A stretch of DNA of 64,000 nucleotides from Candidatus Krumholzibacteriia bacterium (GTDB taxonomy: Bacteria; Krumholzibacteriota; Krumholzibacteriia; Krumholzibacteriales; Krumholzibacteriaceae). Shown here piece by piece: positions 10,101-20,290 of this stretch (position 1 is the stretch's first letter; the number at the start of each line of letters is the position of its first letter). A model generated the notes under the pieces. It was not told the origin of the DNA and searched no databases. It saw only the letters and a program-made list of their open reading frames with translations. Location of the stretch: contig CAWIIQ010000004.1 in assembly GCA_963836185.1 (NCBI GenBank), forward strand, positions 32,001 through 96,000. The letters are read 5' to 3'. A program made the position numbers and the translations under genes.

Positions 10101-11000
10101 GTGAACAAGGTGATCAGATATTTAACGATTGTCCTGTCTGCATCGATCTTCCTGCACGGCGCTGCCGAGGCGCAGACTGACTGGATCGTCAAGGCTGACG
10201 GGAGCGGTGACGCTCCGACGATCCAGTCAGCTATAGACCTTGCCGTCACAGGTGACGGCATCGTCGTCTGGGGCGGCTACTACCACGAGGACGACCTTAT
10301 TGTCGAGAACAAGGATATCTATTTCCAGTACCAGTACGGCACTCCGGTGATAATATCCTCCAGCTACCGGCAGGGGACCGGTATCACATTCAGGAATGTC
10401 GGGATGGGCACGAACCTGCTCGGATTCGAATTCAGGGAGTTCGCCACGGGGATCTCTGTCGACAACGGCTCCGGAATGTACTGGTACTGCAATATCATCG
10501 ATTGCGGCACGGGGATAGAGATATCAGGCGCTTCATCGTCCCCCGGCGTCATGTTCAGTCTGGTCGATTCGTGCGGTACGGGGATCAGCGTTCTCGATGG
10601 ATCGGGGATCTCGATGAGGAACATGACTGTCGTCAACGCTGATACAGGTATCGAGTCTCTCGGCGGCTCGACCACCTTCACCAGGAGCATCATAAACAGC
10701 TGTGACACCGGCGTGTTCTGCTCGGGAGGCGCCATCGCCCTGAGCTGCAACAACTTCCATCTCAACATGGCCGACTACAGCGGCTGCGCGGCCGGCGCAG
10801 ACGATTTCTACGGCCTGACACGATTCTGTTATGCCGCCGGCGGATCACCCGGCCTTTATTTTCTTCACGTCGATTCTCCCTGCTGGGCGGAGAACAACGC
10901 CTGCGGCGTCGACGTGGGAACCTACACCCAGTCGCCCGGATGCACGGGCACCGCAATAGAGGAGACGAGCTGGGGCGCCATCAAGAAGATGCATCGCTGA
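10101..11000 (+). CDS. Secreted parallel beta-helix repeat protein with C-terminal SWGxIK motif
   Basis: Signal peptide (AEA-Q), VKADGSGDAPTIQSAID start typical of beta-helix proteins, repeated (C)xTGIx motifs, DSPC..NNACG, ends EETSWGAIKKMHR. Confidence 0.75.
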   Translation: MNKVIRYLTIVLSASIFLHGAAEAQTDWIVKADGSGDAPTIQSAIDLAVTGDGIVVWGGYYHEDDLIVENKDIYFQYQYGTPVIISSSYRQGTGITFRNVGMGTNLLGFEFREFATGISVDNGSGMYWYCNIIDCGTGIEISGASSSPGVMFSLVDSCGTGISVLDGSGISMRNMTVVNADTGIESLGGSTTFTRSIINSCDTGVFCSGGAIALSCNNFHLNMADYSGCAAGADDFYGLTRFCYAAGGSPGLYFLHVDSPCWAENNACGVDVGTYTQSPGCTGTAIEETSWGAIKKMHR

Positions 11001-11052
11001 CGCTGAGTCTGTCACGCGATCTCATCAACTCCGGAAAGAGAAGGAGAGAATC

Positions 11053-12762
11053 ATGCGCAGAGGCATCGCCGCGCTCGCGGCGTCTGTTCTTGTCGTATCA
11101 GTATCGGTCCTTGTCCTCCAGGGGGGCGTTGTGAAAGGGCACAGGCCCGACTCGTCCGAAACGCTCTTTTACAACTGCCAGGTATATACGATGAACGAGG
11201 ATCATCCGGTCGCCGAAGCGGTCATGGTCCAGGGCGACAGTATACTCTTTGTCGGCACCAGCGAAGAGGCGCTGGCCACAGCGAGCGCCGGGGCGATGAA
11301 GCTCGACATGAAAGGGTTGACCATCATCCCGGGGCTGGTCGACGCCCACGCGCATTTCACCGGGTTCGCGGCCAGCCGGGCGGCGCTCGACCTGAACGGG
11401 ACCGTCTCGGTCGGGCAGGTCCGCGACAGGCTGGCGGCCAGGTCGGCAGCAGCCCACAGGGGCCACTGGATCACCGGCAGGGGATGGGATCAGAACGATT
11501 GGGATATCAAGGAATTTCCCGACAGGACCGATATCGATCCGGTAAGCCCCGAGAATCCAGTGCTGCTCACGAGGGTCTGCGGCCATGCCGCGGTCGCCAA
11601 TTCGATGGCTCTCGAAGCTGCCGGTATCGGAGCGGGCACACCCGACCCGGACGGGGGGAAGATCGAAAAGGATGCCTCCGGAGAGCCCACAGGTATTCTT
11701 CTCGATGAGGCGATCTCGCTCGTGCGGGAAGTCATCCCCAAGCACACCCGCGAGATGAAGATGAGTCTCATGATATGCGCCGCGCAGGAATGCCTCGCAG
11801 CCGGACTGACCGGGACGCACGAGATGGGCATAGGCAGCGAGACAGCCGGCATCTACCGCGAGCTCTACGAGACAGAGGAGCTTCCGTTCAGGATAACTGC
11901 CTATTATGATGGTGACGCGGAAGACCTCGACTCCGTTCTTGCCGTGGGACCGGTAGATGATTTTGCCGGCGGCATGTTCTCGCTTGCCGGCGTGAAGTTC
12001 TACGGGGACGGTTCTCTCGGGGCGAGGAGCGCCGCGATGCTCGAGGATTACTCGGACGACCCTGGAAACAGGGGGATAATAGTCACCGATCCCGAAGTGC
12101 TGTATAAAAAGGTGCTCGCCTGCCACAGGGCGGGGTTCCAGGTGGCGACCCACGCGATCGGGGACCGGACCAACCGTGTCGTACTCGATACCTACGAGAA
12201 GGTGCTCGAGCAGGAGCCGGGCAGCGGCCTGCGGCACCGCATCGAGCATGCGCAGATACTGTCCCCTGAGGATATCGGACGGTTCGCCTCTCTCGGCGTC
12301 ATCCCCTCGATGCAGTTCACCCATTGTACATCTGACATGCCGTGGGCGGGCGACAGGGTAGGGGAGAGCCGCCTCAAGGGAGCTTATGCCTGGAGATCTC
12401 TTATGGACGCGGGCTCGAGGATACCGGGAGGCTCCGACTACCCGGTCGAATCGATCGATCCGCTCCTGGGAATATACGCCGCCGTGACGAGAGAGGATCT
12501 CGATGGGAACCCGGCTGGGGGCTGGATGCCGGGCCAGCGGCTCACGATCGAGGAAGCGGTCAGGGCCTTTACCCTCGACGCGGCATGGGCTGCGGGCCAG
12601 GAGGATGAGAGGGGCTCGATCGTGAAGGGGAAGAAGGCCGATCTGACCATCCTTGGTGCCGATATCATGAAGATAGATCCGGGTGAGATCCCGGGGATAA
12701 AGATCATCGCAACCGTCGTCGGGGGGAGGATGAGATACAGGGCCGAGGGGGCGTCTTTCTGA
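11053..12762 (+). CDS. Exported amidohydrolase (YtcJ-like, amidohydrolase_3)
   Basis: PGLVDAHAH, GRGWDQNDW, KFYGDGSLGARSA, HAIGDR, RHRIEHAQ, GSDYPVE. Confidence 0.92.
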   Translation: MRRGIAALAASVLVVSVSVLVLQGGVVKGHRPDSSETLFYNCQVYTMNEDHPVAEAVMVQGDSILFVGTSEEALATASAGAMKLDMKGLTIIPGLVDAHAHFTGFAASRAALDLNGTVSVGQVRDRLAARSAAAHRGHWITGRGWDQNDWDIKEFPDRTDIDPVSPENPVLLTRVCGHAAVANSMALEAAGIGAGTPDPDGGKIEKDASGEPTGILLDEAISLVREVIPKHTREMKMSLMICAAQECLAAGLTGTHEMGIGSETAGIYRELYETEELPFRITAYYDGDAEDLDSVLAVGPVDDFAGGMFSLAGVKFYGDGSLGARSAAMLEDYSDDPGNRGIIVTDPEVLYKKVLACHRAGFQVATHAIGDRTNRVVLDTYEKVLEQEPGSGLRHRIEHAQILSPEDIGRFASLGVIPSMQFTHCTSDMPWAGDRVGESRLKGAYAWRSLMDAGSRIPGGSDYPVESIDPLLGIYAAVTREDLDGNPAGGWMPGQRLTIEEAVRAFTLDAAWAAGQEDERGSIVKGKKADLTILGADIMKIDPGEIPGIKIIATVVGGRMRYRAEGASF

Positions 12763-12808
12763 TCGAATGACATCCCGCCGGCCCCGTATCCTGAGTCGGC
12801 CTCGCGGA

Positions 12809-13810
12809 CTACTTTATCTCACGGAGCATTACCGATCCGTCACCGGTGCGGATCCTGATATTGCCTTTTCCTTTTCCAAGTTTTCCTGACATCCAGCTGT
12901 TTCCGCTCTGGACGTCTTTTGCCGAGGACAGTTCTGTACGGATCCTGCCGTCGTCTACATCGATCGAGAAAGAGGCGGATATCCCGCTCTGCAGGCTCAG
13001 ATCGATGTCTCCATCGTCGGTCCTGATCTCGAGGTCAAGGCTGCCGGTCTTCAGAAGCTCGATATCGATATCCCCGTCCTGTGCCTTTAGATCCATCACG
13101 GTCGTCTTGACTCGAAGGAACTCCATGTCGCCGTCGTCGACCTCGACATAGAAATCACCCTCAGAGTCGCGGACCCGGACGCCGCCGTCCTCGGCCTGGA
13201 TGCGGCAGTCACTGAATTTTCCGCGGTTGATATCGATCCGTCCGTCGTCCCCGACGATATCGAGGGAGCCGGAGTGCCCGTCCAGCGATATGTCGCCGTC
13301 CGCGGCCCTGATCTTCGTCCTGTCCGGTTCGCATCCATAGAGGTTGATCTCACCATCGTCCAGATTGATCTCGATCTTGCCGGTCCACTTCTCTACATCG
13401 ATATTCCCGTCATCTCCATGCAGATCGAGTTCGATGTATCGAGGCGCCGAGATCGTGTAGGTGTATTCCTTGAGGATATATACCTGCAGACCCATGAATC
13501 CGCTTCTCGATTCCTTGCCCGACACCTCGATCACCCCGTTTTTCTCCTCGAACTCAACGGTGAAATCGTTTTCAGAGTCGTCGCCGAAGCCCTTGCGCTC
13601 CGCGTGGTAGTGAACATTGATCTCTATGATGTCCTTGTCCCATGGGATGATCGTGACGTCCCCGTCGCCGTGTCTCAGCCTGAGCGCCCATCCGCGTTCG
13701 ACTTCGAAGCTCTCGTTGAAATCACGCTCTATCTCTCCGCCCGCGGCGGGGACGGCCGTCAAGAGAAGCAGCGCCGCCGCGGCAGCGCAGAAGATCCTGG
13801 TTCGATTCAT
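12809..13810 (-). CDS. Secreted DUF4097 beta-strand repeat protein
   Basis: Signal peptide; repeated xDDGdI motifs; ends with G-x-I-x-I-RTGDGSV. Confidence 0.8.
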   Translation of the reverse strand: MNRTRIFCAAAAALLLLTAVPAAGGEIERDFNESFEVERGWALRLRHGDGDVTIIPWDKDIIEINVHYHAERKGFGDDSENDFTVEFEEKNGVIEVSGKESRSGFMGLQVYILKEYTYTISAPRYIELDLHGDDGNIDVEKWTGKIEINLDDGEINLYGCEPDRTKIRAADGDISLDGHSGSLDIVGDDGRIDINRGKFSDCRIQAEDGGVRVRDSEGDFYVEVDDGDMEFLRVKTTVMDLKAQDGDIDIELLKTGSLDLEIRTDDGDIDLSLQSGISASFSIDVDDGRIRTELSSAKDVQSGNSWMSGKLGKGKGNIRIRTGDGSVMLREIK

Positions 13811-13849
13811 CGTACACCTCCGTATATATGCTTCTTAGATATGTAATAG

Positions 13850-13875
13850 TACGCAACTGCGCCGGTAATGTTTCA
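13850..13875 (-). promoter_or_regulatory. ECF sigma (SigW-like) promoter of the DUF4097 gene
   Basis: Minus strand TGAAAC-N16-CGTA, an exact match to the B. subtilis SigW consensus. Confidence 0.6.
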
Positions 13876-15534
13876 GGAGGGCATCCTCATCATCAGGAGA
13901 TAGGGGGGCATGCCCACGGAGTCGAATAGGAGTTCCCTGACACGCTCCCTCGGCTTGCCTCCGGTCCGGTCCACCGTTGCCTTCTTCACCATCGATTCGA
14001 CGGTCATCGTCGCTATTCCCTCTAAACCAGCTGCGGGGGAGACCGAGGCCCGGATGACTTCTATCTCTATCGTGGCCTCATCGAGCGGGGTGATCTCCCT
14101 GAGGTATTCCCTTGCCGCTTCCGCCGTATACTTTCCCGAATGCAGCCGGAACACGAGTACCATCCTTGCGAGGGCGGCCACACGTTCTCTGGAATGGAAC
14201 CTGTTCAGCTGCATCCTCTGTTCGGGGAAAAGGCCCGTCAGGTCGCCCGAATTGTGGGACTGCCACGCGTATCGATATGTCTCCGAACCGAATATCCTTC
14301 TGACGGGTGACTCGTTCCCGCACGCCATCCTGTCGGGGGATGACATCAACGATGAAGAGAGGAGCAGATCGTAGATGAGCCGGTCGACAGTATATTCCCG
14401 CCCTGCCGGGATAAATATCGCTGGCACGCATTCGCGGAGCTCACCGGGACCGAATACCCACCGTATATCTCTCTTCGGTATGACCGGGAGGGTAAGGTAT
14501 GGATTCACGGGGACCCTCAGAGGGATCCATGTATCTTCATGTTCTTTCACCGGAGAACGCGGGTTCTTTTTCATTCCGAAGGTCCGTCTCGAGGAGATCC
14601 CGTCCTCGATCTCCTTGAGGAGGGAATCTGCCAGTCCGGCCGACAGAGTGATTTTTTCTTTACCGGGGTCGGTCACGGCTGCTCCGGGGGGCGCGATCTG
14701 CCTCGAGAGCCGCCTCGCGATCTTCTCGGCCTCGGCGATCATCTTTCCAGGGTCGAAATCGAGATGCTCGGAGTACTGGAGGATCCGCGAGAGTTCCTCC
14801 ATCCCCATTATCAGCCTGCTCCGGGTCCGCAGCGCGAGACAGGAATCGATCGTCTCCCTGTACGTCTCTATCGCAAGGCTGGCCTCTTCGAGCCCGGGGG
14901 CAGGCTCGCCGTAACGCTCCCCGGCCAGGCGGGCCAGGCGCGGCATATTTCCAGAGAGCGACTCGAGTCGTCTGGCCGTCTCTTCGAGATGAATGCCTCC
15001 GGGCTTTTCGAGCAGGGCTGACGCGTTCTCCACCAGCGCGGGAATGCGGCTGATGCGTGCGGTCCACGCCCGCCGCTCGCCGTCGCCTGCCGGCCAGTCC
15101 CTTGCGGGCAGTCCCAGCAGCGCCTCCTCGATCATCCAGCAGAAAAGCAATGGATTGTCGAGGCAGGTGCGCGACTGCGTGAACACGAAACGCTCGCCTT
15201 TCATCCAGTCGCTGAGCAGGATCGACTGGTCCACCCTGTCGTCGTCGAGATCATCGGCAGGGAGGGACGAGATGGCGTCCATAAGTGTGTCGATCGTCGC
15301 CAGAGCATGCTCTATCTCATCTTGAGAAAATGTGAAGAGAAGTGAATCGGCCCCTTCTAGGCAGAGCCTCGAGGAACGCAGCGGATGCATGGTGATGTAC
15401 AGGGAAGCGGCATCTTCCGCTATCGCGTCGAAAGCTTCCCTTGAGATATCCATGGGCGAACGCTCTCCGCATCCGGCGATGAACGGGACAAGGCTGAGCG
15501 AGACTGCCGCGGTCCTGATGAACTGGTTCTTCAT
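13873..15534 (-). CDS. DUF885-like lipoprotein (divergent)
   Basis: Lipobox FIAGC after MKNQF...; ARISRIPALVENA, RMVLVFRLHSGKYTAEAAREYL and EVIRASVSP resemble DUF885 segments. Confidence 0.6.
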   Translation of the reverse strand: MKNQFIRTAAVSLSLVPFIAGCGERSPMDISREAFDAIAEDAASLYITMHPLRSSRLCLEGADSLLFTFSQDEIEHALATIDTLMDAISSLPADDLDDDRVDQSILLSDWMKGERFVFTQSRTCLDNPLLFCWMIEEALLGLPARDWPAGDGERRAWTARISRIPALVENASALLEKPGGIHLEETARRLESLSGNMPRLARLAGERYGEPAPGLEEASLAIETYRETIDSCLALRTRSRLIMGMEELSRILQYSEHLDFDPGKMIAEAEKIARRLSRQIAPPGAAVTDPGKEKITLSAGLADSLLKEIEDGISSRRTFGMKKNPRSPVKEHEDTWIPLRVPVNPYLTLPVIPKRDIRWVFGPGELRECVPAIFIPAGREYTVDRLIYDLLLSSSLMSSPDRMACGNESPVRRIFGSETYRYAWQSHNSGDLTGLFPEQRMQLNRFHSRERVAALARMVLVFRLHSGKYTAEAAREYLREITPLDEATIEIEVIRASVSPAAGLEGIATMTVESMVKKATVDRTGGKPRERVRELLFDSVGMPPYLLMMRMPS

Positions 15535-15634
15535 GACAATGATTATATACCTTCGCGGCCTGCCGTTAGTAAACCTCTTTCGCCTGCCACTTAAGATGCT
15601 GACAAGGAATGATTCTTCGCTTACAATGAGACGC

Positions 15635-17113
15635 ATGACAAAAGAAACTGGAAAGAGATCCGGGAAAAAACGCGGCAGGGGTCACCTGATAAGTCAGAAG
15701 ACCGCCGTCGTGACGATCTCCATCCTGCTCGGCGCGTGCGCGGCGGGATGGCTGATGACCGAGTTCTTTCCTCCCGATCTGCAGTACCGGCGGGAGTTCT
15801 TCAGGCAGCGCTGGGGTGATACGGCCCTCTCGGCGGTGGAGGCTCTCAAGCTTTACGATCCATTCCATTCATTCTGGTTCAGCGGTGTGCTCGCTCTTTT
15901 CTTCGTGGTCCTTTTCCTCTGCCTCGCGACGAGGTGGAAAGGGATGATAACGAAGAGTTTCCGTGTGACGGTCCCGCGGCAGCCGGCGAAGGGAAGCAAT
16001 GGCGGCCCCGGCTTTACGATACCGCTCGGAGAGGCGGCCGCCTGGAAGGATGAGAAGGACCCCGTGGCTCATTACGGGAAGCAGTTCGGCCGCCCCGGTG
16101 AGATATCGAAAGAATCGGCCGGGCGGATACTCGGGAGCGTCGGGAGGATATTCAGATCGAGGGGCTACAGTTTTGCGTCCCGCGATGACGACGGCTCGGT
16201 GGTATTCGCCGCCTCGTCGGGACGCTGGCGTCACCTGGGCAACTTCATCTTCCATATCGGGCTTCTTGTCATCACAGTCGGCGGAGTCATCGGAAGCAGG
16301 ATGGGGAGCAGCGAGATGCTCTACGGGCGCAGAGGGGATATACTTCCTGTCAGAGGCACCAATGCGACGCTGAGGGTCGACGATTTCAGGATCCTTATGA
16401 CCGGAAAGATGCAGGTCAGCGACTATGTTACATCGGTCACTGTCTTCGATGCTTCCGGAGCCGGCGTCGACTCGGCCGTGATCGAGGTCAACCATCCTCT
16501 CAGCTACGGCGGTACGAGTATATTCCAGAGCTCGTACTATCTCGCCGAGGACGAGTTCGAATGGGCGCGAATAAGGGTATCAGCGCCAGGTTCCCAGCCG
16601 CCGGCCACGATGACCCTGAGACAAGGTGCGGCCGAGCCGGTTCCGGGGACTGAACTGGCCATAACACCGGGCAGGTTCCTGCCCGATTTCCGGATGACCA
16701 AAAGCGGGCCGAGATCTGTCAGCGGTAATATGAACAACCCCGCCCTCGAGATCATACTCGACGGCCCTGACGGGCGTACGGCGGGCTGGACCTTTCTTCT
16801 GTATCCTGATTTCGGGACGAAGTTCGATCGTCTCGACACTGTCCTCTTCGAGGATGTCGAACCTGTCTATTACACGGGGCTCGAGATGTCGAGGAATCCC
16901 GGGGCCTCTCTCTTCATGGCGGGGATGATACTCGGCTCGGCCGGCCTGCTTCTGCTCTACATGTTCGATTACAGGGTCGTGCACGGCCGCATAGACGGGA
17001 CGGCTCTTTCTGTGACAGGAGTAACGGCCAGGTGGAAGGTCGCTTTCGGCGATCAGCTTACCGGGATAGAAAAAGAGATAAGAGCAGCGATCGAGAAGGA
17101 GAGTGCGACTTGA
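15635..17113 (+). CDS. resB: Cytochrome c biogenesis protein ResB/CcsB (system II)
   Basis: LYDPFHSFWF, FIFHIGLLVI, IEVNHPLSYGG..IFQSSY, YTGLEMSRNPG. Confidence 0.88.
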   Translation: MTKETGKRSGKKRGRGHLISQKTAVVTISILLGACAAGWLMTEFFPPDLQYRREFFRQRWGDTALSAVEALKLYDPFHSFWFSGVLALFFVVLFLCLATRWKGMITKSFRVTVPRQPAKGSNGGPGFTIPLGEAAAWKDEKDPVAHYGKQFGRPGEISKESAGRILGSVGRIFRSRGYSFASRDDDGSVVFAASSGRWRHLGNFIFHIGLLVITVGGVIGSRMGSSEMLYGRRGDILPVRGTNATLRVDDFRILMTGKMQVSDYVTSVTVFDASGAGVDSAVIEVNHPLSYGGTSIFQSSYYLAEDEFEWARIRVSAPGSQPPATMTLRQGAAEPVPGTELAITPGRFLPDFRMTKSGPRSVSGNMNNPALEIILDGPDGRTAGWTFLLYPDFGTKFDRLDTVLFEDVEPVYYTGLEMSRNPGASLFMAGMILGSAGLLLLYMFDYRVVHGRIDGTALSVTGVTARWKVAFGDQLTGIEKEIRAAIEKESAT

Positions 17114-17922
17114 GCCCAACAGCAGACATCACCCTTTTCTGGGCCGCATTCTGGCTCTACCTCGGTTCGTTCATCCTGTTCGCCGTGCATGCATCCTCGG
17201 GAAACCGGCAGACGGGGATAATAGCTTCGGTCCTCTTTGCCGCCGGACTCGTCTTCAACACCGGCGGGCTCGCGGCGAGATGGTGGATAACGACGCATCC
17301 CCCGTTCGCGACGATGTACGAGTATTCGGTGACGATGGCATGGGTGATCGCCCTTTCGTTCGTCATATTCCTCGCCCGCTACCGCAAGATGTCTATCGGC
17401 GTCTTCGTCGCGCCGATATTGATAATAGTCATGGTGATCGCTTCGATGCTCCCGAAGGAGGCGTCGAAACAGCTTATGCCGGCACTTCAGTCGTACTGGT
17501 TCTATATTCACGTGACTATTGCCGCCATCTCCGAAGGGGCATTTCTCGTAGCTGCCGGCGCGGGAGCGATGTACCTGATAAGGGGAGAGAACGAGAGGGG
17601 CGGCAGGGCGCTGCCATCGAGGGAAGTGCTCGAGGAACTGATATCTAGGGCGATCCGTTTCGGTTATCCGCTCTTCTTTATCGGGGCAATATTCGCCGGG
17701 GCGATCTGGGCGAGAAACGCGTGGGGCAGGTTCTGGAGCTGGGATCCCAAGGAGACCGGGGCGCTTGTGATAGCCCTCTATTATACCCTTGTCCTTCACC
17801 AGAACGCTCGGGGCAGATGGAAGGGGAACAGACTCGCCGTCGCCTCGATAGTAGGGCTCGTCATCATACTTTTCAGTTTCCTGGGGAATCTTTTCCTCGG
17901 CGGCCTTCACGCCTATATCTGA
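17110..17922 (+). CDS. ccsA: Cytochrome c biogenesis protein CcsA/ResC
   Basis: WWD motif AWGRFWSWDPKETG, PALQSYWFYIHV, GLHAY; TTG start overlaps the resB stop. Confidence 0.93.
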   Translation: MSPTADITLFWAAFWLYLGSFILFAVHASSGNRQTGIIASVLFAAGLVFNTGGLAARWWITTHPPFATMYEYSVTMAWVIALSFVIFLARYRKMSIGVFVAPILIIVMVIASMLPKEASKQLMPALQSYWFYIHVTIAAISEGAFLVAAGAGAMYLIRGENERGGRALPSREVLEELISRAIRFGYPLFFIGAIFAGAIWARNAWGRFWSWDPKETGALVIALYYTLVLHQNARGRWKGNRLAVASIVGLVIILFSFLGNLFLGGLHAYI

Positions 17923-17960
17923 CCGCCGGTCGATCTTTTTTACTGGAAGGAGGGCTTCTG

Positions 17961-18509
17961 ATGGATGTAAAGGAAGCCATAGAATCACGCAGGGCCTGGC
18001 GTTCGCTCGTGCCTGTCTCGATAGAGAGGGATACGATCGAGGAACTGGCCAGATGCGCCTCACTCTCGGCCTCCTGCTATAACAAGCAGCCCTGGAGGTA
18101 CGATTTCGTAGCGGGCGGAGAAAAACTCGAAGGGATGCGCGCTGCGCTGGCGAAGGGAAACGAGTGGGCCTTGAAAGGTTCGATGATAATCGCCGTCCAC
18201 TCGAAGGTGGAGGATGACTGCCTCGTCGCGGGGAGGGAGTACTACCTCTTCGATACGGGAATGGCCACGGCGTTGCTCATACTCAGGGCGGTGGAGCTCG
18301 GCCTCGTCGCCCATCCGATCGCCGGATTCGACGAGGAGAAGGTCAGGGAAGTGCTCGGCCTCGGCGGTGAGGAGACGGTCATAACCCTCATCATCGTTGG
18401 AAAGAGGGCCGATGGTATCGATCCCGGACTCACTCCATGGCAGAAGGAATCGGAGGAAGAGCGGCCTCCGAGGATGTCCCGGGAAGAGTTCATGCGCATA
18501 TTCGACTGA
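17961..18509 (+). CDS. Nitroreductase family protein
   Basis: AIESRRAWR, SASCYNKQPW, AVELGLVAHPIAGFD. Confidence 0.9.
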   Translation: MDVKEAIESRRAWRSLVPVSIERDTIEELARCASLSASCYNKQPWRYDFVAGGEKLEGMRAALAKGNEWALKGSMIIAVHSKVEDDCLVAGREYYLFDTGMATALLILRAVELGLVAHPIAGFDEEKVREVLGLGGEETVITLIIVGKRADGIDPGLTPWQKESEEERPPRMSREEFMRIFD

Positions 18510-18519
18510 CGATCCCCAG

Positions 18520-18535
18520 TGGCATGCTAAATGCA
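18520..18535 (+). promoter_or_regulatory. sigma54 (-24/-12) promoter upstream of the ABC/beta-CASP operon
   Basis: TGGCATG-CTAA-ATGCA with GG-N10-GC spacing. Confidence 0.6.
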
Positions 18536-18618
18536 ATAAAATCTTCCGGATAACTCTGTCTGACGGGCCGGGCGGGCTCAGGAACAGGTAAAAGCAGTCG
18601 TTCCGGAAGGAGAACGGT

Positions 18619-20290
18619 ATGCCGCGCATGCGGAAAGCGATCGCTTCGGTCGTGATAACAGCTTTATTTATAACTATTTGTGGTTGCGGTGGCCAGGAGG
18701 GCGGCAGCGGGCAGGACAGCTCCGATGGCGGCGGGAAGCTCGTCATCGGGATGCAGCAGGAGCCCGAGATCCTCAACGAGGCCGTTAACAGCATGGTCGC
18801 CGTCGTCTACGTCTGCAACCTGATATTCAGCAAGTTCGTCAAGCACGACGATGCGATGAGGCTCGTGCCCGACCTGATAACCGAGGTCCCCACGATCGAG
18901 AATGGAGGCATCTCGGCCGACCATCTCGTTTACACCTATCATCTCAGGCAGGACGCCTTCTGGCACGACGGAGTGCCTGTGACATCGAAGGACGTCGAGT
19001 TCTCGTACCGGGTGATGACCCATCCCGACATCAATGTCGAGACGAGGCAGGGCTGGGATATCGTCGAGAGTGTGGAGACTCCCGACGAGCACACGGTGAT
19101 CTTTACACTCTCCGAGGTATACGCGAATTTCGCGGGTGACTGCTTCTACGACGAGTCGGTCCTTCCCGAGCATCTTCTCTCCGATGCGCTCGGCGACCGG
19201 TTCCAGTCGCACCCCTTTCACACGGCGCCTGTCGGCTCGGGCCCCTTCGTATTCGGCGAATGGATTTCCGGATCGCATATCACCGTCAGGGCCAACGAAG
19301 CTTACTATGGGGAGGGCCCCTTCCTCGCCGAGATAACGATAAAGTTTGTACCGGACGGAAACGCTCTGCTGATGCAGCTCGAGACCGGATCGGTCATGGG
19401 GATAGACAACGCGCCAGACGAACTTCTCGCGCTGTCAGAAGATCTGGCCGGGACCACGGTCTACAGGAACCCCGCCCTTTTCAACGAACACCTCGACGTC
19501 AACTGCGAGGACCCTGTCCTCTCCGACAGGAGGGTCCGCAGGGCGATCGCCATAGCGATCGACAGGAAAGAGATATCGGAGAAGATATACAACGGTGTGT
19601 GGATACCGGCGTACAGCGACGAGCATCCTGGGTCGCCGTATCACAACGGATACGGGGCGGAGAAGCTGCGCTACGACCCGCAGGAGGCGCGGCAGCTTCT
19701 CGCCGAGGCGGGCTGGAAAGATTCAGACGGTGACGGCATCAGGGAACGCGATGGTAAAAAGCTCGAGCTCGAGATAACCTCCACCGCTGGAAGGGCGAGC
19801 AGGGAGAGGACACAGGTCGTCCTGCAGAAGCAGCTCTCCGGCGTCGGTATCGATCTGAAGATAAGGAACTATCATCCGACCGTCCTGTTTGCCAGCTGGG
19901 ACGACCGCGGGATACTGAAGAGAGGGGATTTCGACCTCGCACTCTACGCTTTCCTGACTCCGCCCGATCCATCGACCAAGGAGGGGAGCTACTCGGCCGA
20001 TTTTTTCCCTCCGAAGGGACAGAACAACTCGAGGTTCAGGAACGATGAGCTGACCCGACTGCTCTCCGCGGGTAGCGCGACGGTCGGTTTTGACGAGAGA
20101 AAGAAGATATATGACAAGGTCGCGCGCATACTCGCCGAAGAGCTGCCCATCATCCCCCTTCTATGGGTGACACAACTCGACGCGATGCCTGCGGCACTCG
20201 AGAATTACAGGCCGAACCCGACGCAGTCGGGTGATACGTGGAACGCGGCGCATGTGGAGGCTCATGGCAAGGGAGGACGAAGGGCGATGA
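18619..20290 (+). CDS. Peptide/nickel ABC transporter substrate-binding lipoprotein (family 5); appears fused to the next gene by a probable 1-nt insertion near 20254
   Basis: Lipobox ICGC, WHDGVPVTSKDV, PVGSGPF, DRRVRRAIAIAIDR; removing one base near 20254 gives WNAAHWRLMAREDEGR* with TGA overlapping the next ATG (ATGA at 20287-20290). Confidence 0.85.
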
